Assembly (NCBI RefSeq): GCF_009914755.1
Contig: NC_060938.1
DNA from: the human T2T-CHM13v2.0 reference genome, Homo sapiens
Strand: one strand, 5' to 3'
Length of the DNA: 64,000 nucleotides
Part shown: positions 46,541 through 60,050 of the stretch, piece after piece
How the letters are laid out: every line of letters begins with the position of its first letter
Position numbering within the stretch: position 1 is the first letter of the stretch
The notes under the pieces: generated by a model
Told to the model about the DNA's origin: nothing
Database searches by the model: none
The model's input: the letters and a program-made list of their open reading frames with translations, nothing else
Position numbers and translations under genes: made by a program

Positions 46541-48040
46541 AGCTGAAACTGGACCCCTTCCTCACACCTTATACAAAAATTAACTCATTCAAAAGCTAGC
46601 AGAAGGCAAGGAATAACTAAGATCAGAGCAGAACTGAAGGAAATGGAGACACAAAAAACCTTTCAAAAAATCAATGAATCCAGGAGCTGGTTTTTTGAAA
46701 AGATCAACAAAATTGATAGACCGCTAGCGAGACTAATAAAGAAGAAAAGACAGAAGAATCAAATAGATGCAATAAAAAATGATAAAGGGGATATCACCAC
46801 TGATCCCACAGACATACAAACTACCATCAGAGAATACTATAAACACCTCTATGCAAATAAACTAGAAAAATTAACTCAAGATGGATTAAAGACTTAACTG
46901 TAAAACCCAAAACCATAAAAACCCTAGAAGAAAACCTAGGCAATACCATTCAGGACATAGACAAGGGCAAAGATTTTATAATTAAATCACCAAAAGCAAT
47001 TGCAACAAAAGCTAAAATTGACAAATGGGGTCTAATTAAACTAAAGAGCTTCTGCACAGCAAAAGAACTAGCATCACAGCAAACAGGCAACCTATGAAAT
47101 GGGAGAAAATGTTTGCAATATACCCATCTGACAAAGGTCTAATATCCAAAATTTACAAGAAACTTAAACGAATTTACAAGGAAAAAACTCCATCAAAAAG
47201 TGGGCAAAGGATATGAACAGCCACTTTTCAAAAGAAGACATTTATGCAGTCAACAAACATGAAAAAAAGCTCAACGTCACTGACCATTAGAGAAATGCAA
47301 ATCAAACCCACAATGAGATACCATCTCAGGCCAGTCAGAATGGTGATCATTAAAAAGTCAAGAAACAACAGATGCTGGCAAGACCGTGGAGAAATAGGAG
47401 CACTTTTACACTGTTGGTGGGGATGTAAATTAGTTCAACCACTGTGGAGGACAGTGTAGTGATTCCTCAAGGATCTAGAACTAGCAATACCATTTGACCC
47501 AGTAATCCCATTACTGGGCATACACCCAAAGGAATATAAATCATTCAATTATAAAGATACACGCATGCATATGTTCCCTGCAGCACTATTTGCAATAGCA
47601 AAGACTTGGAATTAACCCAAATGCACATCAATGATAGACTGGATTTTAAAAATATGGTACATATACACCATGAAATACTGTGCAGCTATAAAAAGGAAAA
47701 GATCATGTCCTTTGCAGGGACATGGATGGAGCTGGAAGCCATTATCCTCAGCAAACTAACACAGGAACAGAAAACCAAACACTGCATGTTCTCACTTATA
47801 AGTGGGAGCTGAACAACGAGAACACATGGACATTGAATGGGGGACAACATACACTGGGGCTGGTTGGGGGGCTGGGGAAAGGGAGAGCATCAGGATAAAT
47901 AGCTAATGCATGCTGGGCTTAATACCTAGGTGATGGCTGATAGGTGCAGCAAACAACCATGGCAGACATTTACCTATGTAACAAATCTGCACGTCCTGCA
48001 CATGTATCCCGGAACTTAAAATTAAATTAAATTAAATTTT
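46541..48040 (+). mobile_element. 5'-truncated L1PA (3' ORF2 and 3' UTR) with a nested younger L1PA fragment at 46588-46865
   Basis: IMSFAGTWMELEAIILSKLTQEQKTKHCMFSLISGS* and L1PA 3' UTR; nested [31 protein letters not shown] flanked by aaaaattaactca twice. Confidence 0.92.
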
Positions 48041-49374
48041 TAAAAATCATTTAATAATTACATTGGTAAGATATTAACATTTGTATAAGGGGAAAAAAGA
48101 ACTCTATGTCACTGCTTAATTTTAAATTTTAAAAATAATCTTCATTCATTCAAAAATATTTATTAAATGTGTGCATACCTCATTAGGGTCTTGGAATAAA
48201 ATACCGACGTGTCCTTGCATTCATAGAATTTATAGTATAGTGAGGGAAAAAGACAAAAATAAGTAAAAATTTGAGTAAATAAATAAGAGATCATGAATAG
48301 TATTGTGCAATAACCAAGAATAATGGTGTTAAGAGGTATGTGCTACTGGGGGAATGCATTTGAGCATTGAGAGGTATGCATGATTGAGGGAATGCCTCTT
48401 TGAGATGACACCTAGACTAAAAGATGAGAAGGAGACCTTCTGGTGAAGAGTTGTGTACTTAAGGGGTGGCACTAGAGGGAGTGGTTGTGGAGGGCAGAGA
48501 GAATAGCACATGAACTTCTAATGACTTTTCCTCATCACGTGATTCAATATTTCAAGGTAGGATAAGGATGTGTGTAATGAGAGTACATAAAGTATAAAAA
48601 TGATCTTGTTGGGATAGGGAAGGCTTCCTAGAACTCTTAAAGTTTGTGCCTTCATTTCTATGAAAATCTTTAAAAACAGAAACATTTTCTGCACCATTTG
48701 GATTATTCCATATAACTAAGAACTACCATATAATTCTATTGCCCAAGTATGTGTTCATAATTTTTGTGTTTAACTTTATTGTTCCAAGCTTGAATAGAAA
48801 GAACAATTCACAGTATTCCTTTCTCTTCCCAACCCTCAATTTTGACTTTTGTTACATTGACCAAAAGCATGGGAAATAGCCCATCATCTGAATGTCCTTT
48901 TCTGGTTTCTCCTCATATCTTTAAGCTCTTTGTTTTAGAGAACCCCGGGGCTGAGACCTTGGTATTCCTCTCTATCTAGACTCATTCCCTAAGCAAGTCT
49001 GTCCAGGCTCTTGGCTTTGATTATCATGTGTATACAAATGGCTCCAAAATTTATATTTCCAGCACAAATCTGGTCTCTGAACTAAATCCTATATATCCAG
49101 TTGCCCTCTTGAATCTTTGGATGTCTCACACTTAAAGTTCAATATGATCAAAATGGAAGTTTTCATCCTGTCCTCCTACCACAATAAACCTTCTCCTTCT
49201 CCACAGTTCCTTCATCTCATCACCTACCCAGTAGCAAAAGTAAAAAAACTTGGGAGTCATTCTTGATTCTTTCCTTTATCTCATCCCTCCATCCTGTGCT
49301 TCCAAAATTTATATCACCTCTCTTCCTTTCTTTCCACTTATGATGCCACCACCCTAGCCAAAGCAATCAGCATC

Positions 49375-49790
49375 GGTGTTAGTCCATTGTTGCATCACCA
49401 CAAACAAATACTTGAGGCTGAGTAACTTATAAAGAAAAGAGGTTTAATTGCCTTGCCATTTTGCAGACTGTACAAGCATGGTGCTGGCATCTGCTCAGTT
49501 TCTGATGAGGTCTCAGGGCACTTTTACTCATGGCAGAAGGTGACACAGAAGCAGACACGTCACATGGTGAGAGGAGGCAAGAGAGAGGTGGGAGGTGCCA
49601 TACCTTTAAACGACCAGATCTCACATGAACTACCAGAGCAAGAACTCACTAATCACCAAGAGGATGGCGCTAAGCCACTCATACAGGATCCACTCCAATG
49701 ATCCAAACACCTCCCACCAGACCCTGCCTCCAACAGGGGAATTACATTTCAACATGAGATTTGGAGGGGACAAACATCCAAACCATATTA
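49375..49790 (-). mobile_element. MST MaLR LTR inserted in an L2
   Basis: ttataaagaaaagaggtttaattg...caacatgagatttggaggggacaaacatccaaaccata; L2-like sequence on both sides (about 48900-50930). Confidence 0.85.
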
Positions 49791-50306
49791 CCATCTATCA
49801 AACTACTACACTGCTTTCTTGATTTCTCTGCTCCCATTCTAAACATTGTCCATATGGGAATGACAATTATCTTTTAAAGACCTAAATCAGAGCGAGTATT
49901 TTGAAATTTGCTTCAATGGCTTCCCAATGCAGTTAGGATAAAATAAGAACTCCTCATCACGGCCAGCGAGGCCATTTATTATGATCTGGCTCCATACTGT
50001 ATTTTGAAGTTTTCCAGCTTCATCTCACGCTGCTTTCATTCTCCCTTCCCTCTATCTCTATGCTTCCGCCACCCAAACTAGTCTTCTTTCAATTCCTTAA
50101 ACATATCAAGTTCTCTACCTGAGGGATTTTCCATATTCTTCCTCTGCCTAGAAGGCTCTTGTTCTAGATCTTCACGTGATTTGCTTTCTCAGAGCTCAGG
50201 TCTCAGCTCAAATGTCACTTTCTCAAACAAGCTTTTTTGATCACTTGAATAATCCGAAGTACCTGGCACATCCTTTAAATCTGCTTTTTTTCTTTGTAGC
50301 ACTTAT

Positions 50307-50780
50307 GTAGGTTTAAAGACAAACTCCACATTACATAGCATGGGTTAAAGATATACTTTATTGGGGAAAGAGAAAACTTACAAGTAAAATGCCACGGTTA
50401 GTGAGAGAACAAAAGATATGGGTATCTCATTCTCCTCCTACAAGAACCAATACTATGGGGATTTGCTTCTAGTTAGAGAGACAATGGCCTCTCTGCTATT
50501 CTCCCTGTTTATACAGCCTTAACATTGGAGGAATACACTTGGTGCCAGGCAGTCTGACTTTGACAGCCCAGCAGGCTGCTTACTGGAGTTGTTTAAGAAT
50601 GCCAGCTTTCCTGCAAAGTTGAAATCACCTCTGCTGGGAAGACAAAGCCACCAGTCTCATAAGATTTGAGCACAGCCCCTCCCATGACATAGAAGAGAAC
50701 TCCCCCGTTCTCACAGTCCAGGAAACCTAGAGTGAGAATTCAAGGCTATTTTCAGACAATCCTGCTCCTTGAACTGTAAC
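50307..50780 (-). mobile_element. Probable ancient LTR (family not recognised) interrupting an L2
   Basis: Minus-strand TATA-like tgtataaa (about 50508-50515) about 150 nt before AATAAA (50357-50362) and a ..ACA terminus; L2 resumes afterwards. Confidence 0.4.
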
Positions 50781-51504
50781 TAATTTCTTGTCTTTCTCCC
50801 TTACTAGACTGGAAGTTCCATTAATACAGCAACCATCTCTCTTTTGTCTCCTATTGTATTCCTATTACCAAGCAAAGCGCTGGGCACATATTAGGCACTC
50901 AGTAAACACTTTTTGAATGAATGAATGGTAAATTGGGCACAGCAGGTACAACAAAAATAGATTCAAGATTAGAAAAACACAGCCAAAACACATTGATTTT
51001 CTGTCATTAGAGTGAAACAAAAATCAGTAAGTCTAGTCTAGCAGGAATGGTTCCAACTTATGAAATTCTTTCTTGATTCAGGTTTCTGATCAAACTAATT
51101 CCACAGAGCTTAAAATTAGCCTCAGTGGAGAGGTATTTATGGTGTATAATGGCAACAGTAGGATGAGTCAGATACTGCTCTAGTGGCACTGACTATAACA
51201 TGTGGCACACTGGGTTGACTCAGTCCACCAAAAGCCCTTCAAAGAAAACTGTGCCTTTATATCAAATATGCTCACATGGCTGAAAAGGAGAAATTTAATA
51301 AGTCAATATACAGGTAGCACATGATATCAGCACTCCAACCATAGCTACTGGAATTCATTAACCTTTTCACGCACATGGCTCCTGGTGTGCTTTCACCCCC
51401 ACAGCCAATGCCAGTGTCAGTCAGAGGGCTGCTCTTAAGCTGCCAAAGACCATTTTGCCTGAGTAAATTTCCTGGAAATTTACATCTCCCCAGGGACACT
51501 TAAA

Positions 51505-51745
51505 CCAGTGGTTCTGAATGAGGACGTGACTTTGAGCTCCAGGAGTCAAAGTGTCTAGAGATACTTTTGGTTGTCATAACCGGGCCGGGAAAGGTGGCTG
51601 GGAGGCTACTGGCATCTAACACATAGAAGCCAGAGATTGTAGCCAGACAGCCTACAATGCGCAGGACAGACTCCCAAGACAAAAACAAAAACAAAAACAA
51701 AAACAAAAAAAACCAAAGAATTACCCCCAAAATGTCAATAGTATC
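51505..51745. mobile_element. MER20 (hAT)
   Basis: cagtggttct...ttttggttgtcataac...gctactggcatcta...aaaatgtcaatagt. Confidence 0.8.
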
Positions 51746-52351
51746 AAGGCTAAGAAACTCCACCTCAAACAATGACTGATGGGCAGGGAAGTATGCACAC
51801 TGTAGTTTTTTTCTCTTGTACCTGATTGGAACAGTTCTGAGATATGATCTACACTGTCTCCAGGGCTCTCCAGGGGGACTGAGCTAAAATTACTTGCTTG
51901 GAAGTTTGCCTGACATTGTACCATTGTTTTGTTTCCTTCTCTTCCCTGGCCACTTCCCCACTCCTCTACCAATTTTTCCTGAGAACACCTCCTAATAAGC
52001 CGCTTTTACACAAATTCCCATTTCAGGATTGCTTCTGGGAGAAACAAGCCAAAACAATATGTACAAGTGGATATTAAGGAGAACTACAGATTTTATGTGC
52101 ATAATGTGGAGTAGGTTACTAAATGGTTAGCTATACTGTAACAGAACTCATAGCTGGACAAGCCCATAAGTAGGGTATCAGAGCATCTTAAACCAAGAAA
52201 GCATGGTGTGTTAGGAAAAAAACTAACAGTGAAGTTAGGAAACCCAGGTTCCAGTCTCACCTCTTAAGTGAGATCTCAAGTAAATCACAGCCAAGTGGAA
52301 AAGAGAAAATAAAAACTGGACAGTTATCTAACATTCTATGCTGTCTTAGAG

Positions 52352-52581
52352 CAGTGGTTCTCAAACAGGGGCAATTTTGACCCCTATGGAACATGTGACA
52401 ATGTTTGGAGACATTTTTGGCAATCATAACCGGGAGCAGGGTGCTACTGGCATCTAGTGAGTAGAGCCCAGGCATGCTGCCAAACATCTATCTCATAATG
52501 CACAGGCAAGTCCCCCCTGCTCCCCACCAGCAAAGGATTATCCAGCCCAGAATGTCAATAGTGCTAAGGTTGAGAACTGCC
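52352..52581. mobile_element. MER20 (hAT)
   Basis: cagtggttctcaa...ggagacatttttgg...gtgctactggcatctagtgagtagag...aatgtcaatagtgctaaggttgagaa. Confidence 0.85.
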
Positions 52582-54189
52582 TTACAGAGAAAATTAGATT
52601 AGATATTAACCTAAGAAATTTCTGAGGCTTAAAGTTATTAAAAATAGGTAATGTATTATTGAAGGAGACTACAACATAGTCTCTATATCCTTAAAAACAG
52701 CATATGGATGCTTTTCTGCATAAGATTGGGAGGGGTTATTCTAAACAGATCTTGAAATGTTATGTGGGAGAACTAAGCACCTATCCAAGTAGCTAGAGAC
52801 AGAGGAGAGAGCAGGGGCCTGAATCTTAGCAGGTTTGCCATAGTGCTGAAGACTTGACTCTCACCCATGTACTGGGATTTAAATATATTATGAGCATATC
52901 TCCAGATCCATCCATCTCCCCTGCAATCACTGAAGACAACCTCCCTCACATGTTTAATAACTTTTGTATGCAACTTTGGGGACCAATTTTTCTCCACTAA
53001 CATTTTCCTGGAGGGAAAAAGATAGTTTCTCCAAATTATATACAGGTAAAGATAAAACTATTTTATAGTTAGCTTATCTGAGTTAATAAAAACACTTAAA
53101 TGTATAACATATTTGCTTATGAATCCGGGTTTATTCATGTGACAGGTGGTAAGATGATGCCATACTTAACTTTGACTTCACATTCCTGTTGGTCAAAGCC
53201 TCTCACACCCTTTTTAAACAAAGCTGGCAGTAAAATCCAACATATTGCGTAACTAACCAACGTTACATATTGCTCAGAAAACTCTACACTCCCAACAGGA
53301 AATTCCAGGAATGAAAGGATTTCTGTTTCATTATCAGAAAGGTGCCTTGTACTAGTAACCACAATAGGTAGGGTAAATTAAAAGATTTATTCCTGGATTG
53401 TTAATTTCTCTGAAAGGACTTAAGAACAAACTTAAAACTTTTGAGGTAGGTCTGACATAATGAATTCTCTTTCATCTGTGATAATACTTTTAAATGTGTT
53501 ATCAGAAACTCTTCAAAGGTGCTTAGAACTTTGAAAGGCTAGTTGCTGTCACTTGAAAGTTAGGGTGACAGCTGAGACAGAGCCCAAGGTTTTCATTTGG
53601 GTAACTTGCCTGTCATGGATAGACCTAGCAGAGGCCTGTTTTCTGCACTTCACTGAAGTCTTATTCATCAGGAGTCAGGCAATAAGAGGCACATTTTCCT
53701 CTCCATGGTCTTTGGTAGACTCACTCATTAGAGGAGGACATAGATATCATCTATTACAACTTCCACCATAAGGCACTTTGACAACCTGCTGTCAACTGAC
53801 AAATCAATACATGTTTAACAGAAATGCAGAGTTTTAGCTTTTTAGATCCAAGGTCTCAAAGCTGAGTATTTGCTCTTGATGATACAATTGTCAGTGTTAT
53901 AGTCAGTAGCAAAGCATACATTTTAAGTTGATTTGTACTGTTCAAAGTTACTAAATGCAAAATTTAAAAAACTAAATAACAGTGATTTTTTGTTACTCCC
54001 ATTATCATGTTTTAATCTTGCAGGGACATTGTATATCATCAAAGACATGAAATTAACATTAATTAAGATTCTACTCCAAATTTTCCAATATGTTTAAGTA
54101 AGATGCATTTAACTATTGAAGTGGTTGGGGGTGGTGGGTAACTGAAGGTACCAATTTAAATGAAGGCAACTTTACTGTCATTTGTGGTA

Positions 54190-54285
54190 TTTAAAAAATA
54201 ATAAACCTAAAAATGAGGTCTACTTTTATTCTTTACAGATTTGACATGTCAATCTTTATTTAAGACAACAAAAGTTTGTACACCC
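54190..54285 (-). terminator. Candidate cleavage/polyadenylation site of an upstream minus-strand transcript
   Basis: TGTA (54279-54282), AATAAA (54255-54260, second at 54225-54230) and U-rich downstream element (54193-54213) in canonical order. Confidence 0.45.
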
Positions 54286-55211
54286 TCATATTAAGATATA
54301 TTTCCTTTCTAGTCATATTAAAATAATCTCATTTTGTTACTCAAAAAGAATACATAGGGAAGAGAATGAACATAATTCAAGTAGATAGATTTCTAATTGG
54401 TTAAAACAGGGTTAAACAAATGATGTTCAAAATATACTTATTAAAGGGAACAGCACCTAGAAATAGGCAGTAGGGCAATGTTCACTTTAAGAATTTTATC
54501 AATAACTAGGGCAAAGAACAAAATCATTATCAAATTTTGAATTACACAAAAGCAATGGCCTATTACCTTGTTAACATTTGATATTTCTATATATCTTCTT
54601 CTCTAGTTGAAATGGGTAATGACTTGTATTACAAGGATGTTACACATTCTAAAATGATTTAAGCCAAAAGATTATCTTTAATACATTACTTCTAGATATA
54701 ATATGTACTTGATGTCTGTTGCATCAAAGACTACTAAACTAGGCATCAAGAAACATGAATCCTTGACTCAGCTCTGTCATTAATTACCTTATAAATCTAT
54801 GTAAGTCATTTATTTTGGACCCGGTTTGTTATTATAAAATGTTCATTTTAGCTCTGAGGTTCTGTGGTTCTAAGATAAATCATATGGGTTAAGTAACTAA
54901 TAACATTTTAAAATAGCAATTGTTATGTGAAAATCCACGTTAGGTTAAATGCCATCAACCACTGAAAAACAGGATTGCAAGAGGAAGAAGAAAACTGGCC
55001 TAACAATAGCTCATTTAGAGAAAAAGACCTAGTGATAAACCGTAAAGTTCAAAGAGTGATAAGTCCAGAGGTAAAATGAATGAAATCTTGAGTCACATTA
55101 TTAGAAATATAGCAACCAGACTACAGAAGAGAATAATCTTGTTGCAAGTGCTATGAGCTGGTCACTTCATATCTGGAATACTCAGTATAATTGCAAACCA
55201 GAAACACAGTA

Positions 55212-55517
55212 TTTTTTTTTCTTTTTGAGATAAAGTCTTGCTCTGTCACCCATGCTGGAGTGCCATGGTATAATCACAGCTCACTGCAGCCTTGAACTCC
55301 TGGGCTCAAGGGATCCTCCTACCTCAGCCTTCTGAGTATCTGAGACTACAAGCACATGCCACCATGCCTAGCTACAGTTTTTTTGTTTTTTTTTTTTTGT
55401 AGAGACAGGATCTCCTTATGTTGCCCAGGCTAGACTTGAACTCCTGGGCTCAAGGGATCCTCCTGCCTTGGCCTCCAAAAGTGCTGGGATTATAGGTGTA
55501 AACCAGTGTGCCTAGCC
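55212..55517 (-). mobile_element. AluJ
   Basis: Full dimer; ctcctgggctcaag. Confidence 0.95.
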
Positions 55518-55644
55518 TACAGTTTTTTAATTTTATAAAATGTTATTTCTAATTTTTCTCCAAAAGTAAAAGTGGCATTCCAATGGCAATATTAATTCAG
55601 GTATCCAGAACTCTTAACCTAAATTTGGGTGAGATGAGGAAAAG

Positions 55645-55980
55645 TGTATTGTTAATTTTATGTGTCAACTTGGAAGGTGTTTCTGGATGGGAATAACATT
55701 GACACTGATGTCCTCTGAGTAAAGAAGATTGCCCTCCATGATGTATGTGCACTTTATCCAATCAATAGAAGACCTGAGTAGAATGAAAAGACCACCTTCT
55801 CCAAGCCAGAGGAAATTCTCCAGCAGACTTCTGTGAGACTGGAACTGCACCATCAGCTCTCTTGGGTCTTGAGCCTGCCAGACCACATTGCAGATTCTTG
55901 GACTTCCCAGTTGCCATAATCACATATGCCAATTCCTTATAATAAATGTGTGTGTGTGTGTGCACGCACGTGTGTTTGTG
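55645..55980 (+). mobile_element. MLT2 LTR with (TG)n
   Basis: gttaattttatgtgtcaacttg...ccaattccttataataaat(gt)n. Confidence 0.8.
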
Positions 55981-57160
55981 TATTCAATCACATATTAATA
56001 GCTTTTATTTTTTGGTTTTGATCCCACCAAGACCAAAGCTAATGATTTCAGGTATTGAGGTTTGTATCTGAGTCTGTCTCTTCTTCTGTATCCCAAGAAA
56101 AGGAGAAATAAGCATTCCCAAAGAACATGGATTTACATATCATCGAATTCTCTTTTTCTCAGGACAGACTGTTTCAAAAGACTGGTGGCAGGTAATTAAT
56201 CTCTTTTGATTAATGTTAACTATTTCTACTTGAGTCAGATTCAGTTGGGAAGATTGCCAAGCATTAATGGTCATTCAGTTGCACAAAAATCAGCTGAGAG
56301 CTTTCTCCTACCACTTTCTCATAGACATGCATGTAAGGCTGTATATCAATGTATGTTGAATAATGAAAAACTAAAAATTTTAAATGACTGGCACAACTTG
56401 GTATGGTCATAAGGCTGATAATAGGTTTCAAATGAATCATAGTACTATAAAACAAAAAAAATACAAAGAAACAGTCTTCTCTGGATTCCATATATAATAG
56501 ACACTCAATATACATTAGTTCATTGAAAACTACATCTAGCTTAGATTAATTTTAAAGCATGTATCTATTAAGACAACCATTTCTGTTTTTCTCCCCAACA
56601 TAGCAGAATAGTGGCTTTGCCAGCTTGCCTCATGCATTTGGAAAAGGCAAAATAATGTGTAGAGATTCATACTGTGAAATTTTATCCAAGAAAGAACACG
56701 GGAGTTCAACATAAAAGTGAAAGAAACTTTGGATACTCTGAAAAATAAGGCAAGCAGCAGCCTGCGGGGTGGATCTGGTGGGAAACTGTGAGTGAATCCT
56801 CAGTGTGTGAGACGGGGAGAAACTGTCTCTGTGATACACATTCCCACTGGACAGCCAGGCAATCCAGGCCATGGAGGAGCTTCTTGACTTTACCAAGCCC
56901 TGATCTGACTCAGGGAGCAGTCAGGAGACCATGAGAAGGAACGGCACTGGGAAGTACCCCACACACACTCCCAAACATGGGTGCTGATAGGAGAAAGCCA
57001 TTTTTGATGCTAACTCATAGTGGGTTGTATAAGAACCTGCCAACAAGCATGGGTTGCAGTCACTGATTTGGAGAGTCTCTGGATGGGAATTTGCAATCTA
57101 GTTTTGAGTAGGAGAGGTGAGTGGCATGGGCTCCAGCCACAGGTGTGGGAGTTAGATGCC

Positions 57161-57571
57161 TGATATGGATTGGATCTGTGTCCCCGCCCAAATCTCATGT
57201 TGAATTGTAATCTCTAATGTTGGAGGTGGGGCCTGGTGGGAGGTGATTGGATCATGGAGGTGTTTCTCATGAATAGTTTAGCACCATCCCTTTGGTCCTA
57301 TTCTTGTGATAGTGAGTGAGTTCTCATGAGATCTGGTTGTTTAAAAGTGTGTAGCACCTCCCCACTGGATCTCTCTTGCTCCAGACACGCCTACTTCTGT
57401 TTTGCCTTCTGCCATAATTGTAAGCTTTCTGAGGGCTCCTGGAAGCTGGGCAGATGCCAGCATCATGCTTCCTGTATAGCCTGCAGAACCATGAGCCAAT
57501 TAAACCTTTTTTCTTTATAAATTACAAGTCTCAGGTATTTCTTTATAGCAATGTGAGAACAGACTAATACA
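57161..57571 (+). mobile_element. MSTA LTR
   Basis: TGATATGG...CTAATACA; 5-bp TSD atgcc/atacc. Confidence 0.9.
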
Positions 57572-58292
57572 ATACCCTCCCTTTGTGGTACTGAACTGGG
57601 AGGTTTTTAGTCTGATAGCCACAATTTTGACCTAGGCAGGAAGCTTTACAGCTTGAGGCAGTTTCATGGTCTGAAGACAAACTTCTTGTGACTTGCTGCC
57701 GGTGTTGGACTGCAGGAGAGAGCCTCACTGGGTCAGGAGCACGAGAACAAAGTGGATCCCACTACCACATCCCACCCCTCCTGTTTCAGAGGCAGATCAT
57801 GGGACCAGGACTACTGAGAGTTCCATGGCCCTACCCATCATCTGAAATGCCCAAGAACTTCTCCCGATTAACAAAGGTCAAGCATAAACTCTATTGCCAC
57901 CACCACAGCTGGTTCTCACTTTTAGGTGCTACCTCCTGTCCTAAAGGTTGATCTACACAGTCCCTTACAACATCTGCCGACTCAAGAGCACAGAGCTCAA
58001 GAAGGAGACAAGCTTTGCATTGCCTCTGTTACCATCATTGCCCACGCCACCCAGGCTACTCAGGAGGCCTTGAGCCCACTCACCCACCCAGTACATCACT
58101 ACTACACTTGGCATTTGAGAAAGCTACCACACAGGTTACTTATAACCAAGGAAATCATACAAAATCTATGCCACTGAATGTACCCAGAAGCAAAGCCAAA
58201 TGACCCTACTTAACAAACACCATAGTCGCATCCTCAAGAAAAAAAAGTCCCACCCTAATGAAGGTAAAATTAAAAATAAGAAGCAGCAACTG

Positions 58293-58596
58293 GGCTGAGC
58301 ACAGTGGCTCATGCCTGTAATCCCAGCACTTTGGGAGACCGAAGTGGGAAGACTGCTTGAGGTCAGGAGTTTGAGACCAGCCTGGCCAACATGGTGAAAC
58401 CCCAACTCTACTAAAAATATTAAAAAATTAGTCAGGCATGGTGGCACACACCTGTAATCTCAGCTACTCAGTAGGCTGAGGCACAAGAATCATTTGAAGC
58501 TGGGAGGTGGAGGTTGCAGTGAGCCAAGATTGTGCCACTGCACTCCAGCCTGGGCAACAGAGCAAGACTCTGTCTCAAAAAAAAAAAAAAAAAAAA
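58293..58596 (+). mobile_element. AluS
   Basis: Full dimer with poly-A. Confidence 0.96.
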
Positions 58597-58870
58597 TTCT
58601 GGAAATGAAAAATTCATTGAAAGAATTACAAAATACAGTTGAAATATTCAATAATAGACTAGACCAAACAGAAGAAAGAATCTTAGAATGCAATGACTGG
58701 GCTTTTTTTCTCACTGAATTAATCCAGTGAGAAGAAAATAGAGAAAAAAGAATTTAAAAGAATAAGCAAAGCCTTAAAGAAGTATGGGACTACATAAAAC
58801 AAGCAAACTGATAAATCACAGGCATTCCCAAGGGAGAAGAAAAAGCAAAAAGTTTAGAAACACTATTTGA

Positions 58871-59165
58871 CTCACGCCTGTAATCCCAGAACTTTGGGAG
58901 GCCGAGGTGGGCGGCTGGCGGATCACGAGGTCAGGAGATGGAGACCATCCTGGTTAACATGGTGAAACCCCGTCTCTACTAAAAAAGTACAAAAAATTAG
59001 CCGGGCGTGGTGGTGGGCACCTATAGTCCCAGCTACTCAGGAGGCTGTGGCAGGAGAATGGCGTGAACCCAGGAGGCGGAGCTTGCAGTGAGCCGAGATC
59101 GCACCACTGTACTCCAGCCCAGGCGACAGAGCAAGACTCCGTCTCAAAAAAAAAAAAAAAAAAAA
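58871..59165 (+). mobile_element. AluY, slightly 5'-truncated
   Basis: gaatggcgtgaacccaggaggcggagcttgcag; CpG-rich; long poly-A. Confidence 0.96.
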
Positions 59166-59352
59166 GTATTCGAGAAAATAATTGAGGAAAACTTCTCTAG
59201 TCTACCAAGAGATTTAGACATTCAGATATAAGAGGCCCAGTGAACTCTAGGAAAACATGTTGCCTCACGACAACATATAGTCATCAGATCATCTAAAGTT
59301 AACATGAAGGAAAAAAATCCTAAATTCTGCAAGAGGAAAGCAGCTAGTCGCC

Positions 59353-59755
59353 TGATACAGTTTGGATGTTTTCTCACTCCAAATCTCATGTTGAAATATA
59401 ATTCTCATTGTTGGAGGTGGAGCCTAGTGGGAGGTGTTTGGCTCATGGGGGCAGATTCCCCATGAATAGCTTTGTGCCCTCCCTGAGATAATTAGTGGTG
59501 ATGGATTCATATGAGATCCGGTTGTTTAAAAGAGTGTAGCACCTCCCCTATCTCTTTCTTGCTCCTGCTCTTGCCATGTGACACAATAGTTCTCATTCAC
59601 CTTCCTCCATGACTGTAAGTTTCCTGAGGCCTCACCAGAAGCCAAGCAGATTCTGGTAACATGCTTATACAGACTGCTGAACCATGAGCTAAATACTTTA
59701 TAAAATACTCAGCCTTGGGTATTTATTTATAGCAATGCAAAAATGGCCTAACACA
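59353..59755 (+). mobile_element. MSTB-like LTR
   Basis: TGATACAG...CTAACACA; TSD tcgcc/tcacc. Confidence 0.88.
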
Positions 59756-60050
59756 TCACCTATTAAGGAAACTCCATCATACTAACAGCAGACTTCTCGG
59801 CAGAAACTTCAGAAGCCAGAAGAGATTGGGATTCTATTTTCAAAGTGCTTAAAGAAAAAACTGCCAACCACTAATCTTGTATCCTGCTGGAATAAGCTTT
59901 ATAAATGAAGGCAAAATGAAGTCTTTCCCAGAGAAGCAAATACCCAAGGAATTTGTTACCACTAGACCAGTCCTACCATAAATGTTAAAGGAGTTTTAAA
60001 CATGGAAGTGAAAGATCAATATTTGCCATCATAAAAACATATGACAGTAT

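Noticed and set aside
52773-53003. ORF containing VVFSDCR, echoing AVAFSDCR in the CATSPERB C-terminal region (possible duplicated exon)
   Set aside because: Only five identical residues; flanks do not align and no matching splice structure; consistent with chance
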